DNA of 64,000 nt from IMG/VR virus record IMGVR_UViG_3300000313_000091. One strand, written 5' to 3'. Source of the DNA: an uncultured virus (IMG/VR IMGVR_UViG_3300000313_000091) (Duplodnaviria > Heunggongvirae > Uroviricota > Caudoviricetes). The position numbers were made by a program, and so were the translations under genes. Positions 40,426-51,129 of the stretch are shown here, in pieces (position 1 is the first letter of the stretch; every line of letters starts with the position of its first letter). The notes under the pieces were generated by a model. It had not been told where the DNA came from. It ran no database searches and saw only the letters and a list, made by a program, of their open reading frames with translations.

Positions 40426-41070
40426 TTATGGAAGATAATTTATTGCTTTGTTAATAGAGTCATACCATGAATAATTGAATATTGACGAAGATGGATGATA
40501 AATTTTGAATGCTGGTATTTTTTTTTGATCAATTGTATAATAGCGGAATGGTCCTCTGTCCTGATCTTCAAACATGATTTTTTCTTTGCCATAGTCATTA
40601 GTCTCTGGCATTTGATGCCAAAGCCTTTTTCCCCAGACAATTATTAAATCGGGTTTATATTCTTGGAGTATCTCAAAAAACGCCGATGCACTTTTTGTAA
40701 ATTCTTTAGATGTTGGTGATTCTCTTGGTCCGTTTGTAGAGGATTGAACAAAGTTGTAAAAAACTATAGAATCCCAAAAAGCTTGAACTTCATCAAAGCT
40801 TAAATGTCGATTATAAAATATATTCCCAAATTTAGTATACGTATTCATCCATCCTTCGCATTCACCGTCACCTTCTTTATACTTTAAAAATCCATTAACA
40901 ACATTTGTTGTAAACTCTCGGCAGTTTTTATCATCAATTTCTAATTTTCCACAAGTGGGACAATTTTCTCCACAATAGTGACTCTCTCCTAGAATAAGTA
41001 ATTTTTTTCCATTTATTCCTGTTGATGAATAATTTTTTCCCACCCACGGTTTAAAAAATACATTTTTCAT
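40426..41070 (-). CDS. Uracil-DNA glycosylase-like superfamily protein (moron)
   Basis: PWVGKNY..LLILGESHY, FYNFVQ, PDLIIVWGK, HPS; own TATATTTG promoter box. Confidence 0.7.
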   Translation of the reverse strand: MKNVFFKPWVGKNYSSTGINGKKLLILGESHYCGENCPTCGKLEIDDKNCREFTTNVVNGFLKYKEGDGECEGWMNTYTKFGNIFYNRHLSFDEVQAFWDSIVFYNFVQSSTNGPRESPTSKEFTKSASAFFEILQEYKPDLIIVWGKRLWHQMPETNDYGKEKIMFEDQDRGPFRYYTIDQKKIPAFKIYHPSSSIFNYSWYDSINKAINYLP

Positions 41071-41128
41071 ATCTTCATTAATTTTGTTAATGCAAATATA
41101 TGTATATATTAATTATAATAACTCTATG

Positions 41129-43250
41129 TCATCTAATTTTATTATTAAATTTCTCTTCAAATTCAACCGATGCCCCGTCAACATAATTACTGTTTGTAAT
41201 GCTCGCGGAATATGCCAAACGGAAATATTTATATGAACGCCCTAGTATTCTCAATATGGAAGAACTAGAACTCTTTACCGGTACCCAATTGATTAGATCA
41301 CGGCTACCATATAAAAGAAGTTTATCTGTTTGAGGAATATTCCCTCTCATGATAAGTCTCTGAACGGCTTTTAATACATCTCCGTCATTAAATCCCATTG
41401 ACCGGGTTAGTAGCCCGATTTGGACGTTCCCAGAATAGTAATCATTTGATGAAGAAAGATTCATTAGTTTATTCCCTGTAGTCATAACCCAACAATTAGG
41501 ATAACTATTTACTGAATAACTGTAGTTGCTTTCTATCAGGCTCCATGCTTTTTCATTTATAGCATACATGTATGCGTAAGAGTAGGAGGGATTGTAAATA
41601 ACAATTCTTCTATTCGTGTAATCGTATGCTATTTTAGCCCCGGAAGAATAAGTTAAGAAATTGACTGCAGGAATAGGCAATGTGTAATCCAGAAAACGAA
41701 TCAAAGTAATATGATCCATTAAGTAATGCATGTTTTGTTAGATTTACTTTTATATATGAGGTTGTAGTTCCGTCATATTTAGAAAAAACAACTTGATATG
41801 CATTCTGATTTGGATAATAGAAAAAGAATCCGCAATTTGTCATGTTTAATGATGCAGAGCTTTTTACAATATATGTTTTTCCATTTTCTTTTATATACAC
41901 ATACGATATCCATTTATTTGTATCGTTCGTTCCGTCTACAAGATTGAAGCTATAGTCGTATGTCCTTGTATCATTCCATGTCGTTTGTGCCGCTAAATCA
42001 AATCCATCAAATAATGATCTTTTTAATCCTGAAATGTTTAATCGGCTATTATATGAATAACTATATTCGGGAATTATATTATCATGAGATTGGTAGTCGT
42101 CGGTCATTTGTGTGGCTGTAGCGATATTATCTATCTCATTCTTTTTAACTTCAAAAGAACTCATGCTATTACTAAGCTCATTTACGTCTAAGCTTCTTAA
42201 AAGATAAAATAAGGATACATTTTTGACCTTATCCGCTATTTCTCTATCGGTAAAATGTGGCAAGCTGTAAAAATATTCATTTGTTCTTCCTGAACTTGGA
42301 TATGTAACATTTTGTTCTTTAAAACTCTGATTGTTGTTTTGAGAAGAAACTTTTATCCCTACGCTGTATCCTAAATCACTCTGAAGATCTGTAAAGTCTA
42401 TTTTTCCGGACTCATCATAAGTATATATTGGAGCGGAAATGTATATATCGACTTTTTTTATGATGTCTTTCCAATTTGATAATTTAGTCAAATCGGATAG
42501 CACCTGATACCAGACTTGCCCATATGTTGTGTATACTCTTCCGTATGTGTCTTCGTTATGAATTTTCCCATTGCTACTTTCCGAGCATACAGGAGTGGGT
42601 TTTGTATTAGGAATCATAAGTATAGGTGCGGAATGCATGTACAAACTCCCATCATATAGTCTATAAGCATATCTAATGAAAAATGGATAAATGAATCCGA
42701 ATTTTTCGTTGTGGACTGATGCTATTAATTTATTAGCATAGCCTAGTATTTGTGTCGATAGAGCTGTATTTATTTCTTCGCTATAGTTGGTATCGGATGT
42801 GCTGATATCATCATTTAGTTTGAATTCGTCGCTTTTGGCTGTAAATAAAGATAATCCAAATTGTATATTCATCTCAGGAGGTTTTTGCCCTATATAATTA
42901 TAGGCTCCGTCTTGCCATAAGAAATAATGCATTCCATCGTCACATAAAGCTATTAGAGTGTTGCCAATCGCATTTACGCTATTTATGGTTGAACTTAAAT
43001 CCGTAATTGACGTAGTCCCATTGTACAATGTGGTACCAACTGAATAGATGTAATTCTTTGTTTCGTCTGATGTGCTATGCACAAATAATAATTTCCCATT
43101 TGTTGGGATTGAAACGTCAAGCTCTGATGGGGATTGAACACCAATTATTGTTCCTCCTCTCACAGTTCCATTAATAAGTATAGCCAAGTTTCCATCTTCT
43201 ACGTTTCTCTCAGATCCGTTTCTTGACATTCCCTTGAAAGATATATTCAT
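41129..43250 (-). pseudogene. Tail nozzle/stabilisation-like gene split into two overlapping frames
   Basis: ORFs 41634-43250 and 41129-41731 overlap in different frames; both look like parts of one beta-rich tail protein (PFFIRYAYRLYDGS; AYDYTNRRIVIYNP; LYGSRDL). Confidence 0.6.
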
Positions 43251-43591
43251 AATAAATTCCTCCTTGTAATTATAGGCAAAGCTTCTACATCTTTGTCTAT
43301 TTTTGTTTTTTCTCCAACGGCATAACCGGCAATCAAATTACCCATTGTCATTTTAGTGGATAGTTCTTGGGATTGAGCGCGTAAATACGCACCTCTTCCC
43401 CAACAAACTAATTTTGTTCCTTTTGGAGCTTGACGTTCCTGAACATATAAGTAATATTCAATTCCGTCCGTCCAAATATTTATGGCATCCCCTCTATTAA
43501 TACCAAGCTCTTTTGAAACTCTCGAGGATATCCTTATTTCCCCGCTGCTCTTAAAAACAACATCAGGCTTTCTGCTTTGTATTAGATTCAT
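43247..43591 (-). CDS. Hypothetical phage protein
   Basis: 114-aa ORF in an overlapping operon. Confidence 0.6.
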   Translation of the reverse strand: MNLIQSRKPDVVFKSSGEIRISSRVSKELGINRGDAINIWTDGIEYYLYVQERQAPKGTKLVCWGRGAYLRAQSQELSTKMTMGNLIAGYAVGEKTKIDKDVEALPIITRRNLL

Positions 43592-43979
43592 CTATCCTAA
43601 AAGATTTGCGTTTACCGAACTTAGATTTGATTAGCTTGAATGTAGTGTCTTTTAATGGAAATTTTAAATCCAATAAGATACCTATCGTATTAATGTTGGA
43701 GTTATTTACTACAATTCCCACACCGGATTTCATGCGTGTAACTTGATAATAATCCGTATTGTAGCTCTCCATGAATTCTTCGTCTGCCTCCATCAAATGG
43801 TAATTATTTCCACTTTTATATAGGCACAGTTTATTTGCTCCGTTTCCAAGACGCAGCAGAGCCAGACGGTTAAATTCTATAAAACCGTCTGTCCTTATTG
43901 TTATTTTAGGCGTTAGCATTTCTCCACTTGCTTGTTTGATACGGATTTCTTGTCCACCATGACACGACCTCAACTGCAT
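43563..43979 (-). CDS. Hypothetical phage protein
   Basis: ORF overlapping both neighbours; true start may be later. Confidence 0.5.
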   Translation of the reverse strand: MQLRSCHGGQEIRIKQASGEMLTPKITIRTDGFIEFNRLALLRLGNGANKLCLYKSGNNYHLMEADEEFMESYNTDYYQVTRMKSGVGIVVNNSNINTIGILLDLKFPLKDTTFKLIKSKFGKRKSFRIDESNTKQKA

Positions 43980-44250
43980 CTAATGAGGGTAAATCTTTTG
44001 ATACATGGTCAAAGAATTCTTGGGCTTCCTCTTTGGTGCAGAAAATATACCCGGACAGATACCCCATACTAACAGAACCTTGTTTCCCATTTACGATAAC
44101 GGAATAACAACGTTTGCCAAATAATACAAAGAAAATTTGATGTAATTTTTCTCTTATAGGTTGATAGAATTTATTCAGCCTACTTTTTATACGGGACAAC
44201 TTATCTGTAAGGTTATTCCCTAGAGCGATTCTAATAATTTCTCTTACCAT
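43906..44250 (-). CDS. Hypothetical phage protein
   Basis: 114-aa ORF. Confidence 0.55.
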   Translation of the reverse strand: MVREIIRIALGNNLTDKLSRIKSRLNKFYQPIREKLHQIFFVLFGKRCYSVIVNGKQGSVSMGYLSGYIFCTKEEAQEFFDHVSKDLPSLDAVEVVSWWTRNPYQTSKWRNANA

Positions 44251-44756
44251 AACTTTAAATATTAGTAAAGTTGGTGAGCTATGGCATCACAAAGGTAGTG
44301 AATTTTGTAAATTCAATTTTAATTTTCGTGCATTAATTTCAAATGTTTGAGATAAATAGCTGTACTAAAATTTGGATATTAAATATTAAGCATTATCTTT
44401 GTTAGATCTTACATCTAATAAGTGTGATTAATATTAATATTACTTTTAGTAATATAGATGTTAGTAGTCTTAACGAGTGGTTCCTTGTAATTCTACAGAT
44501 TGTACAATTGTACAGATCACCAAAATAGTTTGAACCGAGATAAAATGGAAGCTTTCATAGCTTTAAAATCCAACAAAGATGTATGTTAGTAGAAAAGTCA
44601 CTTTTTAGTGGTTTTTCTACATATTTTCTCCATTTTTAATGAATATATTTACAGGGCTTGTTTGACCTATTAATCTTGCTTTGACCAATAGATATGTATT
44701 TTCTTTAGTTTAAAAATGAAGTTCTTTGCATACGTGAAAAGGTTAAATATTCTGAT

Positions 44757-46988
44757 TTAATTTTTAAAATTCAATCGTATAATTTTGGTTTTAGTATTGT
44801 TATCTAATAATTCCTTTGTCAATAGTTCAAGTTCAGAATCATACTGCCATTCATCATTATTATAAATAACAATATCAATCATATTAGAACTATCAGTCAA
44901 AGATCCAAGTCCTAATAATGTATTGCATTTACTCTTATATTTTCTAACCTTAGAATATATCGACAATCTTTTTTCTAAATCTGAAAGATCATTATTATTC
45001 AAGGAAATATAACAAATACATAAATCTGGCATAGGCATAGACATTGTATGCTGCCTTTTGTCATTTAAGGTGTTTCTTTTTAATTCTTTTATATTTTTTA
45101 CAAGATATGTTCTCGTATCTCCAGATAAATCTAAAAGATGAAAAATAATGTCTGTAACTTGAGGATTATTTTGTCGTTTAATTTCTGTACACAATTCATT
45201 AAAGCATTCATCTTTCCAAGAATTTTTGATTGGATCATTTTCATTAGTAACTAAGTGGGAATACCCAGCTTTTTGAGGATAATAGTTCCTATCAATAAGA
45301 TATCCAATATTAGAATCAATAGCCACAAAATCGGCATCATCCCATTTCCATAATTTATTTTTTAAGTGATATCCTAGATAAACAATTTCTTCATCAGCCC
45401 TGAAATACTCCATCAGAGAAATTCGCTGTCTTATATAATATAAAAAATCATATGGATCGCTTAAATAATGTACAAGAATTTCCATGTCAAATATTGACAG
45501 AAATATAGGAAAGGGATCTTTTTTTTCTTTTTTTAGCATAATATATGCTTGATGAGTAAGTGTAGGGTAATTTTCTGTTGTAATTCCCATAATATATGCA
45601 TCAGTGATTTTATCGGAAATTTTTATTTCTTGTCCTTTATCGTTATAAAATTTTGCATTATGTTCAAGTACTTTATTTCTAGAAATCAATCCTTGCTCAT
45701 AAGCATCTTGCACTGCTTCTGTAAAATCAGTTACTAATTTTTTCGTATCCCCCTGTCTTGCAGGAAGTGTAAGTTTTTTAGATTTTACTTGCACGCATAA
45801 TGCCTTGCTCCCTAAGAGACATAAAACATCAATATCTGTATCCCTTTCTCCTTTTTTTGAAGTTACAATTATAGATTTAAATGTATTTTCTTTCCCAAAA
45901 ACTTGGGATAAAAATTCATATGCCATTTCTTCTCCTACCTTACCACGATGAGAGGCTAACTGATCACCATATTTTTTATCATCAACCATCCAATAATAAG
46001 GGCTTTCATAGACAGCCTCTGCAACTAAATAATTAATGGGAACAAAATATTTATTTTCATCTAGTTTAATTAAAGGTTTAGCGTTTAATATATTGAAATA
46101 TCCGGCTCCCTTATATTGATTGTTTATACCTCTATCTGGTGAAAAAGAAAAAATATTGAAGAAGGAATTTATTTTCTCACCTAGTTCAAATTGCGATCGA
46201 TCAACAACAAATAAATCAATGAGGTTCTCATAAAATGAATTCCAATTTTGTTCTCTTTGCTCATCAATATTATTTCCATCTAAAATATCCGGCAAGGGTG
46301 GAAACAAATTTATATATTGGTAAAATTCTGCCGCTATAAAGACCTCTTTTAAATCCTCATCTTTATATTTTTCTTTCAATTCAGACTCTTTTTCTTTTAA
46401 TGGGATAAGATTTATTTTTGTGGATTTTTCCTGCAATAAATCTCTAATTTTTTTTACATTTTTTACAGTATCTCCAAAGTCAAAGCTTTTTTTGCTTAAA
46501 AGCCACTCTCTATCATATTTATATTTCTTGTCTAAATATTCCAAATATTGAAAATCATAAACTCCATCTCCACTATAAAACATCGGTTCTACCATTCCTC
46601 CATCATTTACAAAAAAATCAAATTTTTCTTTTTCACTATCATTCTGCTTTATTCCATTTCTTACTTGATCGTATAATTTTTTTATTTTTTCACTTTGCGG
46701 TATTAGATATGAATGATGTAATTCTTCCATTAATTTATATGTTCTTTCTTTTAGCCCAATTACGGTTTCAGGTGAATCTGGTGTGGTAAAATCTATTTTA
46801 TTTTGAACTAAAAAGCCTAATAATAAAGAAGCTTCTTTTACATTAAGTTTTGACTTATTGTCAACTTCATGAATTTTTTCTATTTCTATATGGAAATCTT
46901 CAAATAAAATTAGGCACAGAGCATAGATATATCCTTTGGTTGCGACTAGCTCTTTTATATCAACTATTACTAAATCTGTATTTCTCAT
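44757..46988 (-). CDS. Large NERD/PD-(D/E)xK-like nuclease-domain protein (moron)
   Basis: 743 aa, AT-rich; RGKVGE..DTDIDVL..CVQVKSKKL. Confidence 0.6.
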   Translation of the reverse strand: MRNTDLVIVDIKELVATKGYIYALCLILFEDFHIEIEKIHEVDNKSKLNVKEASLLLGFLVQNKIDFTTPDSPETVIGLKERTYKLMEELHHSYLIPQSEKIKKLYDQVRNGIKQNDSEKEKFDFFVNDGGMVEPMFYSGDGVYDFQYLEYLDKKYKYDREWLLSKKSFDFGDTVKNVKKIRDLLQEKSTKINLIPLKEKESELKEKYKDEDLKEVFIAAEFYQYINLFPPLPDILDGNNIDEQREQNWNSFYENLIDLFVVDRSQFELGEKINSFFNIFSFSPDRGINNQYKGAGYFNILNAKPLIKLDENKYFVPINYLVAEAVYESPYYWMVDDKKYGDQLASHRGKVGEEMAYEFLSQVFGKENTFKSIIVTSKKGERDTDIDVLCLLGSKALCVQVKSKKLTLPARQGDTKKLVTDFTEAVQDAYEQGLISRNKVLEHNAKFYNDKGQEIKISDKITDAYIMGITTENYPTLTHQAYIMLKKEKKDPFPIFLSIFDMEILVHYLSDPYDFLYYIRQRISLMEYFRADEEIVYLGYHLKNKLWKWDDADFVAIDSNIGYLIDRNYYPQKAGYSHLVTNENDPIKNSWKDECFNELCTEIKRQNNPQVTDIIFHLLDLSGDTRTYLVKNIKELKRNTLNDKRQHTMSMPMPDLCICYISLNNNDLSDLEKRLSIYSKVRKYKSKCNTLLGLGSLTDSSNMIDIVIYNNDEWQYDSELELLTKELLDNNTKTKIIRLNFKN

Positions 46989-47201
46989 TGATCTTATTTT
47001 TAATATTAGTTATTTCAAAGTTATGCAATAATATCAATAAACAAAAAAAATATTTATTTTGTTATGGAATAAAATATATTGATGGGGTTGATTCCATAAC
47101 ACTTTGACCTTTTCCCTATGATTAACTTTTTTTATCCCTTTTCTAATTAGTCAAGCATTCCTTAGATTTTCTGTGGGTGTTTACTATTTTCTTCGTTAAT
47201 T

Positions 47202-47555
47202 TTATTCCCATTCTATTCTTTCTCCTAATTTAAAAATAAATACACTTTTATCAGGTGCTCCCCAATTAGTGTTTCCACGACCAAATGAAATATTATTGAG
47301 TTTGAAAGTTATTGTTTGACTAGTATACCCTCTATGAAATCGAGCAAAATCAAATGGGTAACATAAGTAACCGTCAGGATTATCTTCTATACATGTCATG
47401 CAATTCCATTGTTCGCATAATGGCTTTTGATATTCTACCTTACAATCCTGAAAATGATAGCATAATCGTTTTATATCTCGTTAGTCTTCTTTTTTTATTC
47501 CAGATTCGATCATGTCGTACCATTTACCTTTGAGAACTAAATTGAGTGTCTTCAT
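47202..47555 (-). pseudogene. ASCH/PUA-like protein with in-frame stop
   Basis: MKTLNLVLKGKWYDMIESGIKKED*RDIK continues in frame to ..WGAPDKSVFIFKLGERI; TAA at 47481-47483. Confidence 0.7.
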
Positions 47556-47666
47556 AATAATTATTTATTTTTCAACATAAAAATAGCATCATCTTTATTT
47601 TCAACAAATCTGATAGAACTTTCCCAACATCATAAATGTGCTATGATATTGCTCCAGATTAATATA

Positions 47667-47927
47667 TCAACATGGATAGTATGATCCGTCTATATAGTGA
47701 AAGTAAAAAATCTTTCCGCATTCTTGTTTCAGGTTGATGATGCCTGTATTAAACAAATCATGGCTATATGTCATTGTTACTTCTTTGTTCAATTCATCGT
47801 CGTAAATTACCACTGTTTCGGTTACACAGGTTACAGATATTAGTTTGCACTCATGTACATCTACCGAATTTCCCTTATCACAACTAAGTAGCAATAAGGG
47901 GAATAAAAAAATTAATAAATATCTCAT
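47667..47927 (-). CDS. Small lipoprotein
   Basis: LLLLSC lipobox. Confidence 0.6.
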   Translation of the reverse strand: MRYLLIFLFPLLLLSCDKGNSVDVHECKLISVTCVTETVVIYDDELNKEVTMTYSHDLFNTGIINLKQECGKIFYFHYIDGSYYPC

Positions 47928-48288
47928 AACAATAAATTTTTTATAAAGTCCGCGTCAAGTCCTGGCATATGTTCTATGCTGAAAATTAAATCGATAAGAA
48001 ATAGTATAAATGTAGAATCTATCACGAACTGAGCATAGGATAACGCTCACAAGAGTTTCTGTTCGAAAATATTTTATAAAAATCCAATAACTTCATTACC
48101 TAGTTTCTTTTGAGGCATAAAATTAATGCATTTTTGATTAAATTGGTTATTTTATTTGAATTTTTTAGACTATTGCGGACACTTGTTTAATTTTGTTTGC
48201 AAATAAAATGTGCGGGATATTTCACCCGCATCGATGTTATTGAATCACATTTTTGTAAAATATATGGATTTCACAAGACCCTTCAAGA

Positions 48289-48864
48289 CTATATTTGTAT
48301 TCTTCTACTTAATTGCTTTTTAGCTTGTTCATCGCCTGATAATGCACGTCTTTCAAGCTCTTTATACCACGTAAAAGTATTGTACCCTTTAGGCACAGGT
48401 ATTAAATTTTTATCTCTTTCTTTCTCCTCTTTAATCACTCTAGCCAGCCTTTCGCTTTCTGTCTCAACAAGCTTGAGAGGAGTCGTTTCTTTCTTAACTG
48501 GCTCCCGAGATGCCCATGTATTTAGTCTCCGCTTTACGTCCCACGTTTTTTCTAGTTCCCATCTCATTTTAGTATGAGATTTGTTCGGTTCCGTCCAATA
48601 ATCATAGAATTTACGGATCATGTCCTTTTCATACATTTTTGTGTAAGGAATCAATGACTTATAGAAGATATCTTTTCTCTTTTCAAATTCAGATTTTTTC
48701 TTCTCGGTATCAATCTCGGATTCTTCAACGACTTTCTTGAAGAATAATTCAATTTCTGTATCAATGTCCCTTTCTAGGATTTTACAATCAACAGATCCGT
48801 TTGCCGTTTTTTGCAGGAACCGCATCTGTTTAACCATCAGATAAAAGTCTTTCTTCGTTTTCAT
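48289..48864 (-). CDS. Replication-associated protein (initiator C-terminal-like domain)
   Basis: FYDYWTEPNKS..MRWELEKTWDVKRRL..W pattern. Confidence 0.5.
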   Translation of the reverse strand: MKTKKDFYLMVKQMRFLQKTANGSVDCKILERDIDTEIELFFKKVVEESEIDTEKKKSEFEKRKDIFYKSLIPYTKMYEKDMIRKFYDYWTEPNKSHTKMRWELEKTWDVKRRLNTWASREPVKKETTPLKLVETESERLARVIKEEKERDKNLIPVPKGYNTFTWYKELERRALSGDEQAKKQLSRRIQI

Positions 48865-49046
48865 GCCAGATTCTTTTGATAATATGTATAAATTCTTATT
48901 TCCAATATTGCCCTCTCGTTACATACTTTGTCCCATTGCCTTACGTGAGAAAGTACGTTATCCATCAACCAGTTTGTGGTTCCATTATACCTGCTCTCCA
49001 GCTCTTGAATGTTTACCTGTTCCAATAGGCTGTTTTTCTTTTTCAT
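48861..49046 (-). CDS. Hypothetical protein
   Basis: Coupled small ORF. Confidence 0.45.
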   Translation of the reverse strand: MKKKNSLLEQVNIQELESRYNGTTNWLMDNVLSHVRQWDKVCNERAILEIRIYTYYQKNLA

Positions 49047-49179
49047 GTTTTCTCTTAAGTTTTCTTATGTGATAAGAGAGAATACGATGTGCATTCTCTC
49101 TTTTTATTAGGTTATTGCTATTTAGTCGTGGAACTTGATTTATAAGATCTTCCACAAGTTTGTTACTTACGTAATACAT
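48985..49179 (-). CDS. Hypothetical protein
   Basis: Coupled small ORF after the helicase. Confidence 0.45.
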   Translation of the reverse strand: MYYVSNKLVEDLINQVPRLNSNNLIKRENAHRILSYHIRKLKRKHEKEKQPIGTGKHSRAGEQV

Positions 49180-50537
49180 GACATTAACTCATTAAAGTAT
49201 TTTTCATCATTTGGAATATCATCACATGCTCCGGTTATACGGCTTGCTATTGACTTTTTCCCCATTATCAAGCTGTATATATGCTCGTCAATAGTTTGAT
49301 CGCCCAGCATTAAATATGAGCTTACAGGTAATTTCTGTCCTATTCTGTCGCATCGTGCTTCGCATTGTGTTAAGTCCGCATAAGTCCATGGCAGCTCAAT
49401 GAATAGTTCTTCATTTCCAGATGTTAAGGTGATTCCGACACCTGCAGCTTTGATGCTACAAAGGATTATTCTCGATTCTCCTTTTTGGAAAGAATCTATT
49501 GCGTATTGTTTGAGTATTTGTGAATCTCGGCCGGTGACTGTCACCGCATCAGGAAAAACTTCTTTCAGTCTATCTACGATAACATGCTGTGAGCAGAATA
49601 CAACAATCTGTTTACTTATATCTCTAATAAAGTCGATCGCAGCATCAACCTTTCCCAAACTAGCGATTGAACGAAGATTCATGAACTTGACTAATGCTTT
49701 CATTCGCATCTTCCGCCTGATTTCATCATCTGAACAATTCTTGTATTCAGAAAGATATTTTTTCAAGTCTTCGTAACATGTTTCATATTCCTCTCTATTT
49801 GAAATAGGGGTGATAATGGTGGAACGGGTAAGTTTCGGCAAGTCTTTCAGTACGTCCTTTTTCTCTCTTCGAAAATAACATGAAGCCTTAATTCTTTGCT
49901 GCAGTTCTTCCAAATTACCATCTTCGCCATAATCGTGTAGGAATTTCCCATATCCTCCGAACTCTTTTATTCGTCCCATTATCGCTATTTGTGTAGCAAT
50001 ATCTGCCGGCACATTTACAACCGGTGTTCCGGTAAGCATAATTACAAATTCTTTGCTGGCACATATCCCACGGACAAATTTTGTCTGCTGAGCACTTGGA
50101 TCCTTGCAACGATGGGATTCATCAAGTATAACCGACTTGAATAAGTTTATGGAGGGTTGAAAAATGACATCTTTTAGTCTAAAACCTTTTTTTGCCTCAA
50201 TAACGAAGTATTTCCGTAGGCTTTCGTAATTGACTATGGCCACATCGTACATCTTCATTGTTAGATAGTAGGGGAATGTCGTTTTTATTGAATCAGTCAA
50301 GACAATCGGTCTTAAATTGGTAAACTTTTCTATTTCACGTTCCCAATTTATTTTTAAGGAACTAGGACAAACAACTAATGTAGGCGTTGCACCAGAAATG
50401 GCAATGGTAGCGATAGCTTCAAATGTTTTTCCCAAGCCCATATCGTCACCATTAATCAATCTCTTTAGTTCTAGACTTTTTTTTATCCCTTCTTTCTGAT
50501 AAGGGTAGGGAGTTATCTTCAGTGTTTCCATTTCCAA
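49167..50537 (-). CDS. SNF2-family helicase/ATPase
   Basis: DDMGLGKT, DESH, LTGTP, QCEARCDRIGQ. Confidence 0.92.
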   Translation of the reverse strand: MEMETLKITPYPYQKEGIKKSLELKRLINGDDMGLGKTFEAIATIAISGATPTLVVCPSSLKINWEREIEKFTNLRPIVLTDSIKTTFPYYLTMKMYDVAIVNYESLRKYFVIEAKKGFRLKDVIFQPSINLFKSVILDESHRCKDPSAQQTKFVRGICASKEFVIMLTGTPVVNVPADIATQIAIMGRIKEFGGYGKFLHDYGEDGNLEELQQRIKASCYFRREKKDVLKDLPKLTRSTIITPISNREEYETCYEDLKKYLSEYKNCSDDEIRRKMRMKALVKFMNLRSIASLGKVDAAIDFIRDISKQIVVFCSQHVIVDRLKEVFPDAVTVTGRDSQILKQYAIDSFQKGESRIILCSIKAAGVGITLTSGNEELFIELPWTYADLTQCEARCDRIGQKLPVSSYLMLGDQTIDEHIYSLIMGKKSIASRITGACDDIPNDEKYFNELMSCIT

Positions 50538-50694
50538 CCATTTAATTTATAAATTCGTTCCCTTGCAACTTCCGGATCGGTAAATGTTTCATGTGTGTTC
50601 CTTGCGGAATGGACACCATTAACAGGTTTCTCTACTTGGAATATTTCGTAAGAGTTCCCGTTTATTGTATAATAATATTCTCCAACTTTTCTAT

Positions 50695-51129
50695 TCATAA
50701 GAATTTATATATTTCTTCCTCAATGTCTTGTTCGCTGCATTTAATGTATTTTGAAATCATAAGCTTTACCACACATTTGTAGAATTTCTCAAATTGAAAT
50801 TCATCCATGTGTGCAAAATCGATTGAGTGATACATGATTACTCCATCGGATGATTCATCATACATGTGTAAATCATGTTTGATTCGGATAAGAAATGCTT
50901 CTTTATCGTATATCTTATACTCTTCAATCTTTTCATTCGGCATATTATCCAAAACTAGCCGGATTAAAGCGAAGAGTTTCTTATGGAAACGGATGTTGCG
51001 TACTTTCTTTATTTCTACGCAAACGTCCGTCCCAAGTTTTAATTTCTTCTTATTGTCCAAATCTGAATCATATAGCGGAATAAGACCTTCGGATGTTACT
51101 CTACAATAGATCTTCATACGTAGCACCAA
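50695..51129 (-). CDS. DUF1367/NinB-like protein
   Basis: RNIRFHKKLFAL..SIDFAHMDEFQFEKFY. Confidence 0.65.
   Translation of the reverse strand: MVLRMKIYCRVTSEGLIPLYDSDLDNKKKLKLGTDVCVEIKKVRNIRFHKKLFALIRLVLDNMPNEKIEEYKIYDKEAFLIRIKHDLHMYDESSDGVIMYHSIDFAHMDEFQFEKFYKCVVKLMISKYIKCSEQDIEEEIYKFL

Noticed and set aside
47481..47483. Stop-codon reassignment in the phage
   Set aside because: Only one in-frame stop found; other genes, including a 10-kb ORF, read normally in code 11
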